Source: an uncultured Gemmatimonadota bacterium (GTDB lineage Bacteria; SM23-81). From it: a stretch of DNA of 16,468 bases. The stretch spans positions 3,804-20,271 of the forward strand of contig CAZOYL010000035.1 of NCBI GenBank assembly GCA_964584035.1, read 5' to 3'. Numbering within the stretch: position 1 is the first letter of the stretch; every line of letters begins with the position of its first letter. A program made the position numbers and the translations under genes. Shown here piece by piece: positions 1 through 8,837 of the stretch. The notes under the pieces were generated by a model. That model was not told where the DNA came from. It made no database searches and saw only the letters and a list, made by a program, of their open reading frames with translations.

Positions 1-594
1 CCCGAACTCGTTGTTGGTTCCGTAGGTGATGTCGGCCCCATAGGCCTGTTTCCGTCTGGGCGGGTCCATCTCGTTCTGAATGACGTCCACCGTGAGGCCC
101 AGAAACTCATAGATCGGCCCCATCCACTCGCGGTCCCTTCGGGCGAGGTAATCGTTGACGGTCACCAGATGGGCGCCCTTTCCTTCCAGGGCGTTGAGAT
201 ACAACGGCATGGTCGCCACCAGCGTTTTCCCCTCGCCGGTGCCCATCTCGGCGATCTTGCCCTGATGCAGGACGATGGCCCCGATGAGCTGCACGTCGAA
301 GGGAACCATCTCCCAGGTCACCTGCTGGCCGACCACATCCCAGCTTTTCCCCAGGAGCCGGCGGCAGGTCTCCTTGACCGCGGCGAAAGCCTCCGGAAGC
401 AGGTCGTCGACCGTCTCGCCGGCCTCCAACCGGGATCGGAACTCGCCGGTCTTGGCCTGCAGCCGGTCGTCACTGAGCTCTCGAAATTCCTTGACCCGGC
501 TATTGATCTGATCCACCAGCGGCAGGACTTTATTGACATCCCGCTGGTGCTTATCGCCGAAAATACCCGTGATGATCTTGTGGAACAACGACAT
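1..594 (-). CDS. secA: Preprotein translocase ATPase SecA, N-terminal part (runs off left edge)
   Basis: Manual minus-strand translation: [19 protein letters not shown]...[11 protein letters not shown]...[59 protein letters not shown]...[12 protein letters not shown]. These are SecA signature motifs, with no stop before base 1. The SD-like GAGGTGAT overlaps the ATG, so TTG at 588 is an alternative start. Confidence 0.97.
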   Translation of the reverse strand, partial: MSLFHKIITGIFGDKHQRDVNKVLPLVDQINSRVKEFRELSDDRLQAKTGEFRSRLEAGETVDDLLPEAFAAVKETCRRLLGKSWDVVGQQVTWEMVPFDVQLIGAIVLHQGKIAEMGTGEGKTLVATMPLYLNALEGKGAHLVTVNDYLARRDREWMGPIYEFLGLTVDVIQNEMDPPRRKQAYGADITYGTNNEFG

Positions 595-642
595 CACCTC
601 GTTGGTTGGATACCGGAAGGACTCAAGGAATGGCTTGATTTC

Positions 643-671
643 AAGATAGAGAAAAAGGCCGGATACGGCAA
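643..671 (-). promoter_or_regulatory. Putative sigma70-type promoter for secA
   Basis: Minus strand TTGCCG (671-666), 17 nt spacer, TATCTT (648-643), about 50 nt upstream of the secA start. Confidence 0.5.
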
Positions 672-702
672 GTGAAAAATGGATCCCTGATCAACGCTCC
701 CC

Positions 703-746
703 AATACAAGAGAAAACCCGCCCAGGGGGAGTCGAGCGGGTTTTCT
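703..746 (-). terminator. Intrinsic terminator downstream of the cold-shock gene
   Basis: Inverted repeat AGAAAACCCGC (711-721) / GCGGGTTTTCT (736-746). On the minus-strand RNA the stem extends via G-U pairs and ends in UUUUCUCUUGU. It lies about 30 nt after the csp stop. Confidence 0.8.
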
Positions 747-778
747 ACGGGTTATTTCTAACGCTTTATGTAAAGTCG

Positions 779-982
779 TCAGACTTTAACCACATTCGCA
801 GCCTGCAGTCCTTTTTCACCCTGCACGATGTCGAACTCGACCTCCTGGCCCTCCACGAGGGTCTTGAAGCCTTCTTCCTTTATGGCGGTGAAATGAACGA
901 ACACATCCTGCGAGTCGTCTTCCGGTTTAATGAATCCGAAGCCCTTGTTCTCATTAAACCATTTCACTGTACCTCTGGCCAT
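779..982 (-). CDS. csp: Cold-shock protein (CspA family), 67 aa
   Basis: [15 protein letters not shown] (RNP1) and DVFVHFTAI (RNP2), C-terminal [18 protein letters not shown] upstream. Confidence 0.97.
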   Translation of the reverse strand: MARGTVKWFNENKGFGFIKPEDDSQDVFVHFTAIKEEGFKTLVEGQEVEFDIVQGEKGLQAANVVKV

Positions 983-1037
983 ACTTTTTACAACCCTCCT
1001 TTACGAAAAAATGTAGAGCCCCATTGCTCTCGAGCCA

Positions 1038-1066
1038 AATATATTTTCTCAAACGACCATTGTCAA
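1038..1066 (-). promoter_or_regulatory. sigma70-type promoter for csp
   Basis: Minus strand TTGACA (1066-1061), exactly 17 nt, TATATT (1043-1038); implies a ~50 nt 5'UTR. Confidence 0.75.
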
Positions 1067-1165
1067 TACGAATTTCAACTATTTCCCCTCGATTCTTTCC
1101 TGGGTCGGAACAGGCCGCCAGTAAAGGTGTTACAGGAACCTCCGGCCGGCGGCCGCGATGAGAAG

Positions 1166-2131
1166 TTAAAAATCCACCAGGGCCGATAGGCGGTGACTGT
1201 TGTCCAGCTCGTCATGCCCCAAAAAGGCATAATCCACGCCCCAGCCGCCAATCCGCAGGCTGGCCCCGGCCGAAAACCGCTCCGGTTGAAGTCCGGCGCG
1301 CACCGATAGCCGCCCCCGGTACCAGTACTCCAGACCGGCCCGGGGATCGAAGCTGACGCCCCCGGCAGAAACCCAGGCAGCATACTCTCGTCCTTCAAAG
1401 CGGGTTTCAACATCCACCGCCAGGCGAAGGTCACCCCGCAGGGGGGGCAGCGAGAGAATGCCGACCGATCCCACCGTGATCATGGGCAGCAGATAATCCT
1501 TCTGTCCGGAGTTCCAGGCCACCGGCGTGGTGGTCAGGTCGGACACCCGGGCGCCCAGGTGCAGCCACGGCCTCGGGCGGTATTGCAGGCCGGCATCGGC
1601 GCCCAGGCCGAAGGCGGCGTCAGCGCCCACCTTCTTGTAGATCAATTTGGCGCTGCCGCCCAAACGCCACCTCGGTGATGCCTGCCGGGCGTATGAAAAA
1701 AACAGGGCGTACTCGGCATCGCTGACCTCCTTGACCAGGCGGGGCCTGTGGGTCTGTGGATCCCACTCGGTGTACGGGATGTCATCCACGCCCAGACGCA
1801 TCAGCCCCATTCCCAGGGCGCTTCCGGCCAGGCCCAGCGGCCAGACCAGTCCGGCATAGTCCTGGATGACCAGTCCTCCGAAACTCTCGGCGTGCATGAG
1901 CATCAGCTGGCGGCGAGACAATCCGGCCAGCCCCGAGGGATTCCAGTACACGGCGCTGGCATCGTCGCTGATAGCCACATAGGCGCCGCCCATGCCCATG
2001 GGCCGGGCGCCGACGCCCAGACCGAGGAACTCGCCGGCATACTTGGAGATAGCCATAGAGGGCTGGTATCGGACGGCCACCAGGACCAGACATATACAGA
2101 GGCCCCCGGATATGGTTTTCAGAAGTCTCAT
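1166..2131 (-). CDS. PorV/PorQ (UPF0164)-family outer-membrane beta-barrel protein
   Basis: Signal peptide from ATG 2131, family motif KYAGEFLGLGVGARPMGMGGAYVAISDDASAVYWNPSGL, amphipathic beta strands, C-terminal SHRLSALVDF ending in Phe. ATG 2131 preferred over the track's TTG 2167. Confidence 0.8.
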   Translation of the reverse strand: MRLLKTISGGLCICLVLVAVRYQPSMAISKYAGEFLGLGVGARPMGMGGAYVAISDDASAVYWNPSGLAGLSRRQLMLMHAESFGGLVIQDYAGLVWPLGLAGSALGMGLMRLGVDDIPYTEWDPQTHRPRLVKEVSDAEYALFFSYARQASPRWRLGGSAKLIYKKVGADAAFGLGADAGLQYRPRPWLHLGARVSDLTTTPVAWNSGQKDYLLPMITVGSVGILSLPPLRGDLRLAVDVETRFEGREYAAWVSAGGVSFDPRAGLEYWYRGRLSVRAGLQPERFSAGASLRIGGWGVDYAFLGHDELDNSHRLSALVDF

Positions 2132-2137
2132 GACATC

Positions 2138-2167
2138 AAAATACCGGTATCCGGGGGCCGGAGTCAA
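2138..2167 (-). promoter_or_regulatory. Possible sigma70-type promoter for the PorV-like gene (leaderless geometry)
   Basis: TTGACT (2167-2162), 18 nt, TATTTT (2143-2138), then 6 nt to the ATG at 2131. A-rich tract upstream and no SD. Confidence 0.4.
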
Positions 2168-2180
2168 GCCTTTTTATTCG

Positions 2181-3470
2181 CTAGCCCTCTATCAGCTTGG
2201 GTGTGATCTCCACGATCAGGTCGGTCTTCTTGCTATTGATATAGGTATGCTGGAACAGCTTTCCGAGAATGGGAATATGGCCCAGGATGGGCAATTTGGT
2301 GATCTGCGTGGTTTTTTCCTCATTGAGCAACCCGGCAATGATGATCGTCTCGCCGTCCTTGACCCTGACCATGGTGCTGGCCTTGCGGGTCTTGACCCAG
2401 GGAATCTCATCGTTGGGACCGACGAATCCGATGATGGAGCTGACCTCCGGCTCCACGATGGTGGTGATATAGCCATCTTCGCTGACGTGCGGCGTGATGT
2501 TCAATTTGATGCCCACCTTCTCCTTTTCGATCTTGGCCTGCTCGGTGACGCCGGCGGCTCCGGCCGCATAGGTGGTCACCACGTAGGGCACGATATCGCC
2601 GATATGGATGGTTGCAGGGCGGTTGTTCATAGTGGCCAGCTTGGTGTCAGCCAACAGCCTGGCTTTTCCATCGCTGATCAGGAAATCGAGGACCACCTCG
2701 AAGGCCTTCAATTGCCGGCTGAGGGTCGATTTGGTCAGGTCCCGGATCTCGTAGGGCATCTTTTCCGGCAGAGAATTCGGATCATTGGGATCCGGCTCTC
2801 CCTCGGTGATGATGTTGGTGACGGAATTCAATTTATCCCAATCGATGCCCATTTTAATGACGTCGTCCACCGAAACCTCCACCAATTTGGCCTGTAGCAT
2901 GATCTGAACGGCTGGTTTGTCGATCTCCGCGATGACGTCCAGAATTTCTCCCTTGACCCGCGGGCCGGCGACGATGATGAGCTGATTGCCGCCCACGTCG
3001 GCATTCACGAAGGGGGCCAGATTCTGTAAAACCCCCATGATCTCATTGGCATCGGCATAGTTTAATTTCACCACAAATGCTTGCAGACTGGATTCTTCCC
3101 CGAGTTTCTCGGGATCTACCACCAGTATGGAGCTGCCGATCTTCTCATAACCCAGTCCGGCCGCCTTGACCACCAGATCGAAGGCCTCTTCCACGGGCAC
3201 ATCGATAACCCGGATAGAGATCCTCCGCCCCTCGACGCTGGGACCGGTGACGATGTTCCAGCCGCTTTTTTCGGTCAGGATCTGAAAGACGGACGTCAGA
3301 GAGGCATTGTCGGCCTCCAGAGTCACCAGATTCTCCTGCCCGGCATAGAGCTCCACCTGGGCACGGGCGGGGCCGGTCAGTGCCGTCACAAGTATCAGTG
3401 AGCACAGCACGGCGCTCAAGATGACCGGGCGCGCCAGTTCATTCATCGATCTCACATTCACGGACATCAT
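2181..3470 (-). CDS. pilQ: Secretin (PilQ/GspD family), short form, 429 aa
   Basis: Signal peptide; N0-like VTLEADNASLTSVFQIL; N3-like VVKLNYADANEI; secretin domain QIMLQAKLVEV...VGIKLNITPHV...VKDGETIIIAGL...KLPILGHIPILGKLF...LIVEITP. SD GGAGG. Last gene of the pilMNOP run. Confidence 0.9.
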   Translation of the reverse strand: MMSVNVRSMNELARPVILSAVLCSLILVTALTGPARAQVELYAGQENLVTLEADNASLTSVFQILTEKSGWNIVTGPSVEGRRISIRVIDVPVEEAFDLVVKAAGLGYEKIGSSILVVDPEKLGEESSLQAFVVKLNYADANEIMGVLQNLAPFVNADVGGNQLIIVAGPRVKGEILDVIAEIDKPAVQIMLQAKLVEVSVDDVIKMGIDWDKLNSVTNIITEGEPDPNDPNSLPEKMPYEIRDLTKSTLSRQLKAFEVVLDFLISDGKARLLADTKLATMNNRPATIHIGDIVPYVVTTYAAGAAGVTEQAKIEKEKVGIKLNITPHVSEDGYITTIVEPEVSSIIGFVGPNDEIPWVKTRKASTMVRVKDGETIIIAGLLNEEKTTQITKLPILGHIPILGKLFQHTYINSKKTDLIVEITPKLIEG

Positions 3471-3497
3471 ATCCGCCTCCTGATTAAGAGTGTGTCA

Positions 3498-3983
3498 TCA
3501 GTCGATGATGACGATATTCCCGTTCTTCAGTATATGGACGCCACGCTCGTCGATGGCGATCACCTTATGCCCTTCCAGCAGACTGCCCACCTTGACTTCC
3601 AGACTCTTATCGCCAACCTCGACGATGGCCGCCGGATTTCGGTCCAGGATCAGGCCGGCCAGCCGCATCCTGGTCTCCCTGGATTTTTGTCCGGATACAG
3701 GGGTTTGAATTGGCGCCACCGGCTTGGCGGATTTTTTCTCCTTCACGACCCGAAAAGGATCGCGGGCATCGGAGCAGGCGAGGGTGGTGTCGATTTCGAC
3801 CATCATGGTTCTCTCCAGATCACGAAGCAATCGCTCCAGCGTTCCCGGATTCTGATCGGTGGTCAGCAGAGTCATCCGGCTGGACGCAGCGGCCATGCTG
3901 CTCAGAGATCGAAATCCACAATACAGCAAGGCGGCGATCAGTCCGACAATGATCAGGATCTTTGGATCGATCTTGTCCTTCAT
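3498..3983 (-). CDS. PilP/GspC-like assembly protein
   Basis: N-terminal hydrophobic anchor, RDPF motif, C-terminal HR-like beta domain (LAGLIL...VKVGSLLEGHKVIAIDERGVHI). Sits between pilO and the secretin with an ATGA overlap. Confidence 0.65.
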   Translation of the reverse strand: MKDKIDPKILIIVGLIAALLYCGFRSLSSMAAASSRMTLLTTDQNPGTLERLLRDLERTMMVEIDTTLACSDARDPFRVVKEKKSAKPVAPIQTPVSGQKSRETRMRLAGLILDRNPAAIVEVGDKSLEVKVGSLLEGHKVIAIDERGVHILKNGNIVIID

Positions 3984-4513
3984 GATTCCTCATCCCTGAT
4001 GAATAATTGGATATCAACGGCCAGAGTGGCCACAACTTCTTCTTTTACGACCACCAGATCGAATTCATTTATCTCCATGAGATCATTGGACCTCTCGATG
4101 GCCTCCAGCAATCGAGCGAATCGATGATAGTCACAACGCAACTCCATGATATAGGGACTGGACAGGACCAGGCCGGATGGTAGGACCTGCTTCGGTGTGA
4201 TGGATAACAGCTCGATCTCTAATTCCTTCAAGGTGGCCATCAACCGGCCCAGCGCCTCGGAAGCGTGATCTTCCTCGCTATTTTCGACCAGTTCGTCGAT
4301 GGTATTCTGAGCGATGATCTCCTTGATCTTGGCCATTTTCTCGGGCGGGATCTGGCTGCCCAAAAATTGACTTCTCGATTTGACCACCTCTTGATTGAGC
4401 CGCTTGAGCTGATCCGCATCCGGGCGATAGATGATCCAATCCTCGATCAGAAACAGAAGTACAAAGAAGGCGGCGATGATAAAAAAACAATTCTTTTTCA
4501 TGATCTTCCTCAT
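3980..4513 (-). CDS. PilO/GspM-like inner-membrane assembly protein
   Basis: Single N-terminal TM, coiled coil, ferredoxin-like C-terminus (ELRCDYHRFARLLEAIE); syntenic position; ATGA overlap with pilN. Alternative start 4501. Confidence 0.7.
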   Translation of the reverse strand: MRKIMKKNCFFIIAAFFVLLFLIEDWIIYRPDADQLKRLNQEVVKSRSQFLGSQIPPEKMAKIKEIIAQNTIDELVENSEEDHASEALGRLMATLKELEIELLSITPKQVLPSGLVLSSPYIMELRCDYHRFARLLEAIERSNDLMEINEFDLVVVKEEVVATLAVDIQLFIRDEES

Positions 4514-5091
4514 CGGATGGTACAGATAAGCTCAAAATCCAACTGCTTCTTCTCCAGGGTCATAGACCGTTTGGAGGACAACAAAGCAATGGACTCGAAT
4601 CCCACCGGAAAGATGTCATCGTTTCTCAGTATATTCAGAAACTCAAGAACTTCGTTCAATCCCTCGTGCTCATCCTGCATATTGGTAGAGCCTTTTATCA
4701 GCAGAACACTCCGGTTAATCCCCTCGATAATTCGTGTCTTTAGGGAGACTTCCTTGAGCCACATTTGCTCCGGAAGCAGGCCGCAGAGTCTCTGCAATTT
4801 CGTTCCCCACTTGACATTCATCCCTTTAACCTGCAGCAGGACCATCATGTGATCGGCGGGTACATCCCAGTCGTCGGGGGAATACTGGGCCATCAGCTCG
4901 CCGATCTCCTTCATCTCCCCCTGACGGGCGTCGATATTCTGCCGAAGGGAGAGAACCTGAAAGGTAAACAAAGCGGTGGTAACAACCATCAGGGTCAAGT
5001 AAAGAGCTTTGAGAATAAGCAGCCTTGTTGATCTCCGCCAGGCGATCCGTCTCCGCTCGAGTGTCTCGCGATGGACATTAATCTCAAACAT
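4510..5091 (-). CDS. PilN-like assembly protein
   Basis: Start moved to ATG 5091 (MFEINVHR, a variant of the PilN INLLP motif), single TM, W...L..L...LPEQMWLKEV and IKGS motifs; overlaps the pilM stop by 8 nt. Confidence 0.75.
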   Translation of the reverse strand: MFEINVHRETLERRRIAWRRSTRLLILKALYLTLMVVTTALFTFQVLSLRQNIDARQGEMKEIGELMAQYSPDDWDVPADHMMVLLQVKGMNVKWGTKLQRLCGLLPEQMWLKEVSLKTRIIEGINRSVLLIKGSTNMQDEHEGLNEVLEFLNILRNDDIFPVGFESIALLSSKRSMTLEKKQLDFELICTIR

Positions 5092-6184
5092 TTTTTTTAC
5101 CAACTCTTCTGAGAGCCAGGCCGACCGCCAGTGCCAGCTGCGGTGCCGCCTTGGCAAGCTCGGCCTGATCACCAGCGGCATCGAGGCCGTTAAAGGGATT
5201 GAATTTCTCCACCGGTACGCCCAGGCGGGCATGAAAATAATCGGCCAGCTGAGCTAATTGCCCGCCGCCTCCCGCCAGAAACAGCTTTTCAAATCCGCCG
5301 CGGCCTCTTCGATTTTCATAGTAAGTCAGAGATTTTCGCAACTCGAAAACAAGACGATCCAGCGGGGTTTTAACGATCTCCGGTATTCGGCCGCCGGACT
5401 CTTGTTTCCCGGACAACGTTTTGCCGTTATCATCAGTTTTTTCTTTTCGATCGTCGTTTTTGGGGCCATCCTTCTTAGGGACGACCTCTTTCAGACCGCC
5501 GTCCTCATGCCGGCTCGTCTTTCCGGTCAGCTGCCGGCTGGTCACGGCAATATCCCGGGTGAAGAAAAAATCTCCCGGAGCGAATACATCGAGAATGGTA
5601 TTGGAAGCACCAATGTCCAGCACGGCCACGGCCCGGGTTCCCTCCAGCTCCTGGGTGCCCATGACAGCGTTGGCCAGAGCCAGGGGGCTGAGGTCGATGA
5701 TCAGCGGATCAACGCCCGCCGCCCTGAGGAGCTGAAGATGCTCGGCCAGATGCGGCCGTGTGACTGCCACCAGGAGAACATTCATCTTGTTCGTCGCTTC
5801 ATCTCGACCCAGAACTTGATAATCCAGCACAGCTTCATCGGGGCCGAAAGGTAGCCGCTTTCCAGCCTGCCATTTGATGGAAGATTGCAGTTCCTCATCG
5901 GTCAGCAGGGGAAATTCGACCTGTTTGACGGCCGTGCTCGGCCCGCTGACCGCGGTGACGATGGCGTCTCCGCGGCCGGATTTGATACCGGCCCGTTTAA
6001 AAACTCTATTTATGGCTTCCACTCTGCCATCGCCATTCCCGTCCGGCGCGGACACACAGGGTTCCTCCACCGCCGAAAGCACTTTCCGTTTACCTTTGCG
6101 CTGCAGCAGGTGCACCAGTTTCACGGAAGAAGAACCGACGTCCAGACCGATCATCGAACCGATTTGACGTTGAAAAATCCTCAT
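5084..6184 (-). CDS. pilM: Type IV pilus assembly protein PilM (actin-like fold)
   Basis: IGLDVGSSSVKLV, LPFGPDEAVLDYQVL, AVLDIGASNT, LFLAGGG, FNPF and LAVGLALR motifs. Start set at ATG 6184 with GGAG SD, just after the upstream stop. Confidence 0.92.
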   Translation of the reverse strand: MRIFQRQIGSMIGLDVGSSSVKLVHLLQRKGKRKVLSAVEEPCVSAPDGNGDGRVEAINRVFKRAGIKSGRGDAIVTAVSGPSTAVKQVEFPLLTDEELQSSIKWQAGKRLPFGPDEAVLDYQVLGRDEATNKMNVLLVAVTRPHLAEHLQLLRAAGVDPLIIDLSPLALANAVMGTQELEGTRAVAVLDIGASNTILDVFAPGDFFFTRDIAVTSRQLTGKTSRHEDGGLKEVVPKKDGPKNDDRKEKTDDNGKTLSGKQESGGRIPEIVKTPLDRLVFELRKSLTYYENRRGRGGFEKLFLAGGGGQLAQLADYFHARLGVPVEKFNPFNGLDAAGDQAELAKAAPQLALAVGLALRRVGKKNV

Positions 6185-6186
6185 GC

Positions 6187-7395
6187 TTAGCTCCCCGGGG
6201 GCACTTCGGCCCAGCTTTTTCGATTCAGAGACAGAGGAATAGCTCCGACCTGCCCCTGTAAAACTGATATGCCGCCGTTCATCATAATCACCCCAAGATC
6301 CTGCTCGATCCACCACCCCTCTTTTAAATGGATCTGCTCGAACAGATCATAGCCCATCATATCGACATCGGTGGCCTGCACGAAACCGTGAATATAGCCT
6401 CCCCCGCCAGCCCAGTCCCAGTAGCCCTTGGTCTCGAACGTCCCGCCGGCCAGAATCACGGCCCAGATCTCATCTGAAATGCCCATACCCTTCATGGTCA
6501 CGTCGCCGTAAGAGATCAGGACCAGGCGGTCGTCTGACCCGCTCTGGCCGGAATTCACGGTAATATCCCCGGTGGCGATGATGGTCTTATCGATGGATTG
6601 ACCGCTGTAATTATCGGCATTCCGGGTGATCTCCACGTCACCGTTGACGAAGATAATATCGTTGCCTCCCATGCCATGCCAGGATCCGCTCCAGTAGCCG
6701 AATGACTGGTTTCCGGAGTAAACGGAGTCGGCCAGTCCCTGAAACTGATTGGTGAAGGAAGTAACGTCTCCGAAGTAATCGGGCATTGATATGTTCCCCT
6801 GGTTGGCCTCATCATACTTGCCCTCGCCGTTCCCGTTGATTTGATTGCCGTACTGGATGCCGCCGGTGATGATGACATCATTATAGCGGTCGAAGAAGTC
6901 CGCCCAACTCCCGTCATTGGCGCCCCCGTGAAAAGTCACGTCATTGGCCGCGCCCAGCGCATAGGCCAGTCCGGGCTCCAGAATGACCTCGAGCTTACGC
7001 TGCAGCTGGCCATCGCTGCCGGTAGATTGGATCCGAACCTCATGGGCGAAGTCGATGAAATCCTCACCGGTACGGGTGGGCAGCCCGCTGCCGTCGATCT
7101 CCTCAACCACCGTCTGCAGACCGACGCTGTCGATCTGGGCGGTCGATTTCGACCAGGACGACAGGAGAGCCCAGCGGGCCCGTTCCGCGCCCGATTCGGC
7201 GTTAACCAGGGCTTGAGATGCCTCCCGCCGGCGCTGATACAAACCGGCATCATAGGAACTTAAGGAAAAAAATGCCAGACCGGCGATGGTCAGGATAACG
7301 GCAAAGATAACCACCGAGACAAGGGCCGATCCCCTCTGTTCCCTGATCGATTCCCATCCCTGCGGGGTATCCATCTTTCCCGGGGGTATCTTCAT
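6187..7395 (-). CDS. Large PilX/GspK-like minor pilin with beta-solenoid-like C-terminal domain
   Basis: EQRG|SALVSVVIFAVILTIAG lacks Glu5, as is typical of PilX/GspK; ALVNAESGAERA PilX-N-like motif; repeated hydrophobic-G-D-V/I strands. Start 7395 (GGAGG upstream) or 7416. Confidence 0.75.
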   Translation of the reverse strand: MKIPPGKMDTPQGWESIREQRGSALVSVVIFAVILTIAGLAFFSLSSYDAGLYQRRREASQALVNAESGAERARWALLSSWSKSTAQIDSVGLQTVVEEIDGSGLPTRTGEDFIDFAHEVRIQSTGSDGQLQRKLEVILEPGLAYALGAANDVTFHGGANDGSWADFFDRYNDVIITGGIQYGNQINGNGEGKYDEANQGNISMPDYFGDVTSFTNQFQGLADSVYSGNQSFGYWSGSWHGMGGNDIIFVNGDVEITRNADNYSGQSIDKTIIATGDITVNSGQSGSDDRLVLISYGDVTMKGMGISDEIWAVILAGGTFETKGYWDWAGGGGYIHGFVQATDVDMMGYDLFEQIHLKEGWWIEQDLGVIMMNGGISVLQGQVGAIPLSLNRKSWAEVPPGS

Positions 7396-7420
7396 GGCTT
7401 TATCATCCTCCGGCATACGG

Positions 7421-7888
7421 TCAATTTCGTAAAGAAACACTGGTATTGAAATACGCCCTTTGTTCTTCAGTGTTGGTCAACACCAGGCCGATATCAATGA
7501 TTTTTCCGTTCTGGGAAAAAGCCAGGCTGTCAACCTTGCTGGGAATAATCCTGTTTCCGGAGAGATCCCGCAGCGTACTGTCGCTGGCCTGCATGAAGTA
7601 CCTGGCGATGGTGCTGTCGGCCGCATTTTTGATGGTCAGAGAGGGACCCGATCCGATGACGACCGATGTCGCCAGGCGCACCGACATGGCCATCTCCTCG
7701 ACGGCATAGGATCCATCCCGGCCCAGATTGATCATGGCCTCGCCCCGGTCCCAGGAAGCATCGACCAGCAGATATACCGTGGCCACGGCGAAAAACAGGA
7801 CGCTGACCAGAGCAGTGGCCACCATCAGCTCCACCAGGGTAAAACCCTGGTGAACCTTTTTTGCAGTGAACATTGTTCTCACATCCAT
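7421..7888 (-). CDS. Minor pilin (PilW/GspJ-like)
   Basis: HQG|FTLVELMVAT N-methylation motif. ATG 7888 has a GGAG SD; GTG 7918 is the alternative start. Confidence 0.8.
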   Translation of the reverse strand: MDVRTMFTAKKVHQGFTLVELMVATALVSVLFFAVATVYLLVDASWDRGEAMINLGRDGSYAVEEMAMSVRLATSVVIGSGPSLTIKNAADSTIARYFMQASDSTLRDLSGNRIIPSKVDSLAFSQNGKIIDIGLVLTNTEEQRAYFNTSVSLRN

Positions 7889-7914
7889 AGCCGTCTCCAG
7901 AAAAGACGAATCGA

Positions 7915-8358
7915 TCACGGATAAAACCAGCCGGTCAACGAAACGGTGTCTCCGCTGACGTGCGCCCAGGACCAGACCACGTTTATGGTGACCTCTTTAT
8001 AATCCTGCTCGCTGCCGGAATAGCCGTTGGCGACATCATCCTTCCAGACCACCGACCAGGCGCGGCTCCCGGAGAGATTCTCGGCCAGCGGAACCGTCTC
8101 CGTGCCGTGACTGCCGATCGCCAGATCGGCCGCTCCAAAAGCCGTGCCCCGCAGTTGCTCCATCTTCTGCTGGGCCAGGGCCAGGGCGGTTCTTCTCAGT
8201 CCCATCTCATGTATATAGGCGCGGCCTAGATGAAAGAACTCCACCACGGCCAGGCACACGATGGCGAAGACCACGGCCGCCACCATGATCTCCACCAGCG
8301 AGACCCCCCGCTGGGAGGCGAGTATTCTTATACGATGGTTCGAGAGTATTTTACGCAT
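7915..8358 (-). CDS. Minor pilin (PilV/GspI-like)
   Basis: QRG|VSLVEIMVAAVVFAI; ALALAQQKMEQLR and KEVTINVVW patterns typical of PilV-like proteins. Confidence 0.8.
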   Translation of the reverse strand: MRKILSNHRIRILASQRGVSLVEIMVAAVVFAIVCLAVVEFFHLGRAYIHEMGLRRTALALAQQKMEQLRGTAFGAADLAIGSHGTETVPLAENLSGSRAWSVVWKDDVANGYSGSEQDYKEVTINVVWSWAHVSGDTVSLTGWFYP

Positions 8359-8382
8359 GACGGTGCAGCATCCTCTTTTCGA

Positions 8383-8808
8383 CTATATGCCATCGACCTG
8401 AATAAAGGGTTCCGAGGTGGGGCTCTGGACCTTCATGAAGACCTTGACTGCTTTCATCTCGTCCACGTTACGGCCCTTGGCCCTGAGGACAAATTTTCCG
8501 GTCCCCCCCGCACCATTGGTAATGCTATATTTGAAATGCTTTGTGTTGGTAAAATCGCCGTGATAACCCACCGCCCCTGGAGCCGAGGGCCACTTTCCGT
8601 GCTGCTGATAATATTCCAGTGAAGCGTCCATGATGGTCGTCAATCTGGCCACGGCCTCGCCCATGCGGCTTTCTTTCATCTGATTGGTATAGAGCGGAAC
8701 GGCCACGGCCGCCAGAACGCCCAGGATGATCAGAGCGACGGCGACTTCTAGAAGAGTAAAGCCCTTCTCGTTGCTCCTGCTGCTGCAGTAATTGTTGAAT
8801 ATCAGCAT
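8383..8808 (-). CDS. Type IV pilin paralog 4
   Basis: EKG|FTLLEVAVALIILGVLAAVAVPLY. ATG 8808 is preceded by a GAGGTG SD; ATG 8841 (overlapping the previous stop) is the alternative. Confidence 0.88.
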   Translation of the reverse strand: MLIFNNYCSSRSNEKGFTLLEVAVALIILGVLAAVAVPLYTNQMKESRMGEAVARLTTIMDASLEYYQQHGKWPSAPGAVGYHGDFTNTKHFKYSITNGAGGTGKFVLRAKGRNVDEMKAVKVFMKVQSPTSEPFIQVDGI

Positions 8809-8837
8809 CGACGACACCTCATGTTCATGGCATCTCA

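Noticed and set aside
169..675. 168 aa plus-strand ORF and other short ORFs in 1-675
   Set aside because: The plus-strand ORFs are antisense shadows of secA, and the 318-539 minus ORF is out of frame within it.
1992..2897. Long plus-strand ORFs (also 11825-12787, 15065-15856, 3492-4127, 5258-5854)
   Set aside because: They lie opposite well-supported genes, have no recognisable motifs, and are expected in GC-rich coding DNA.
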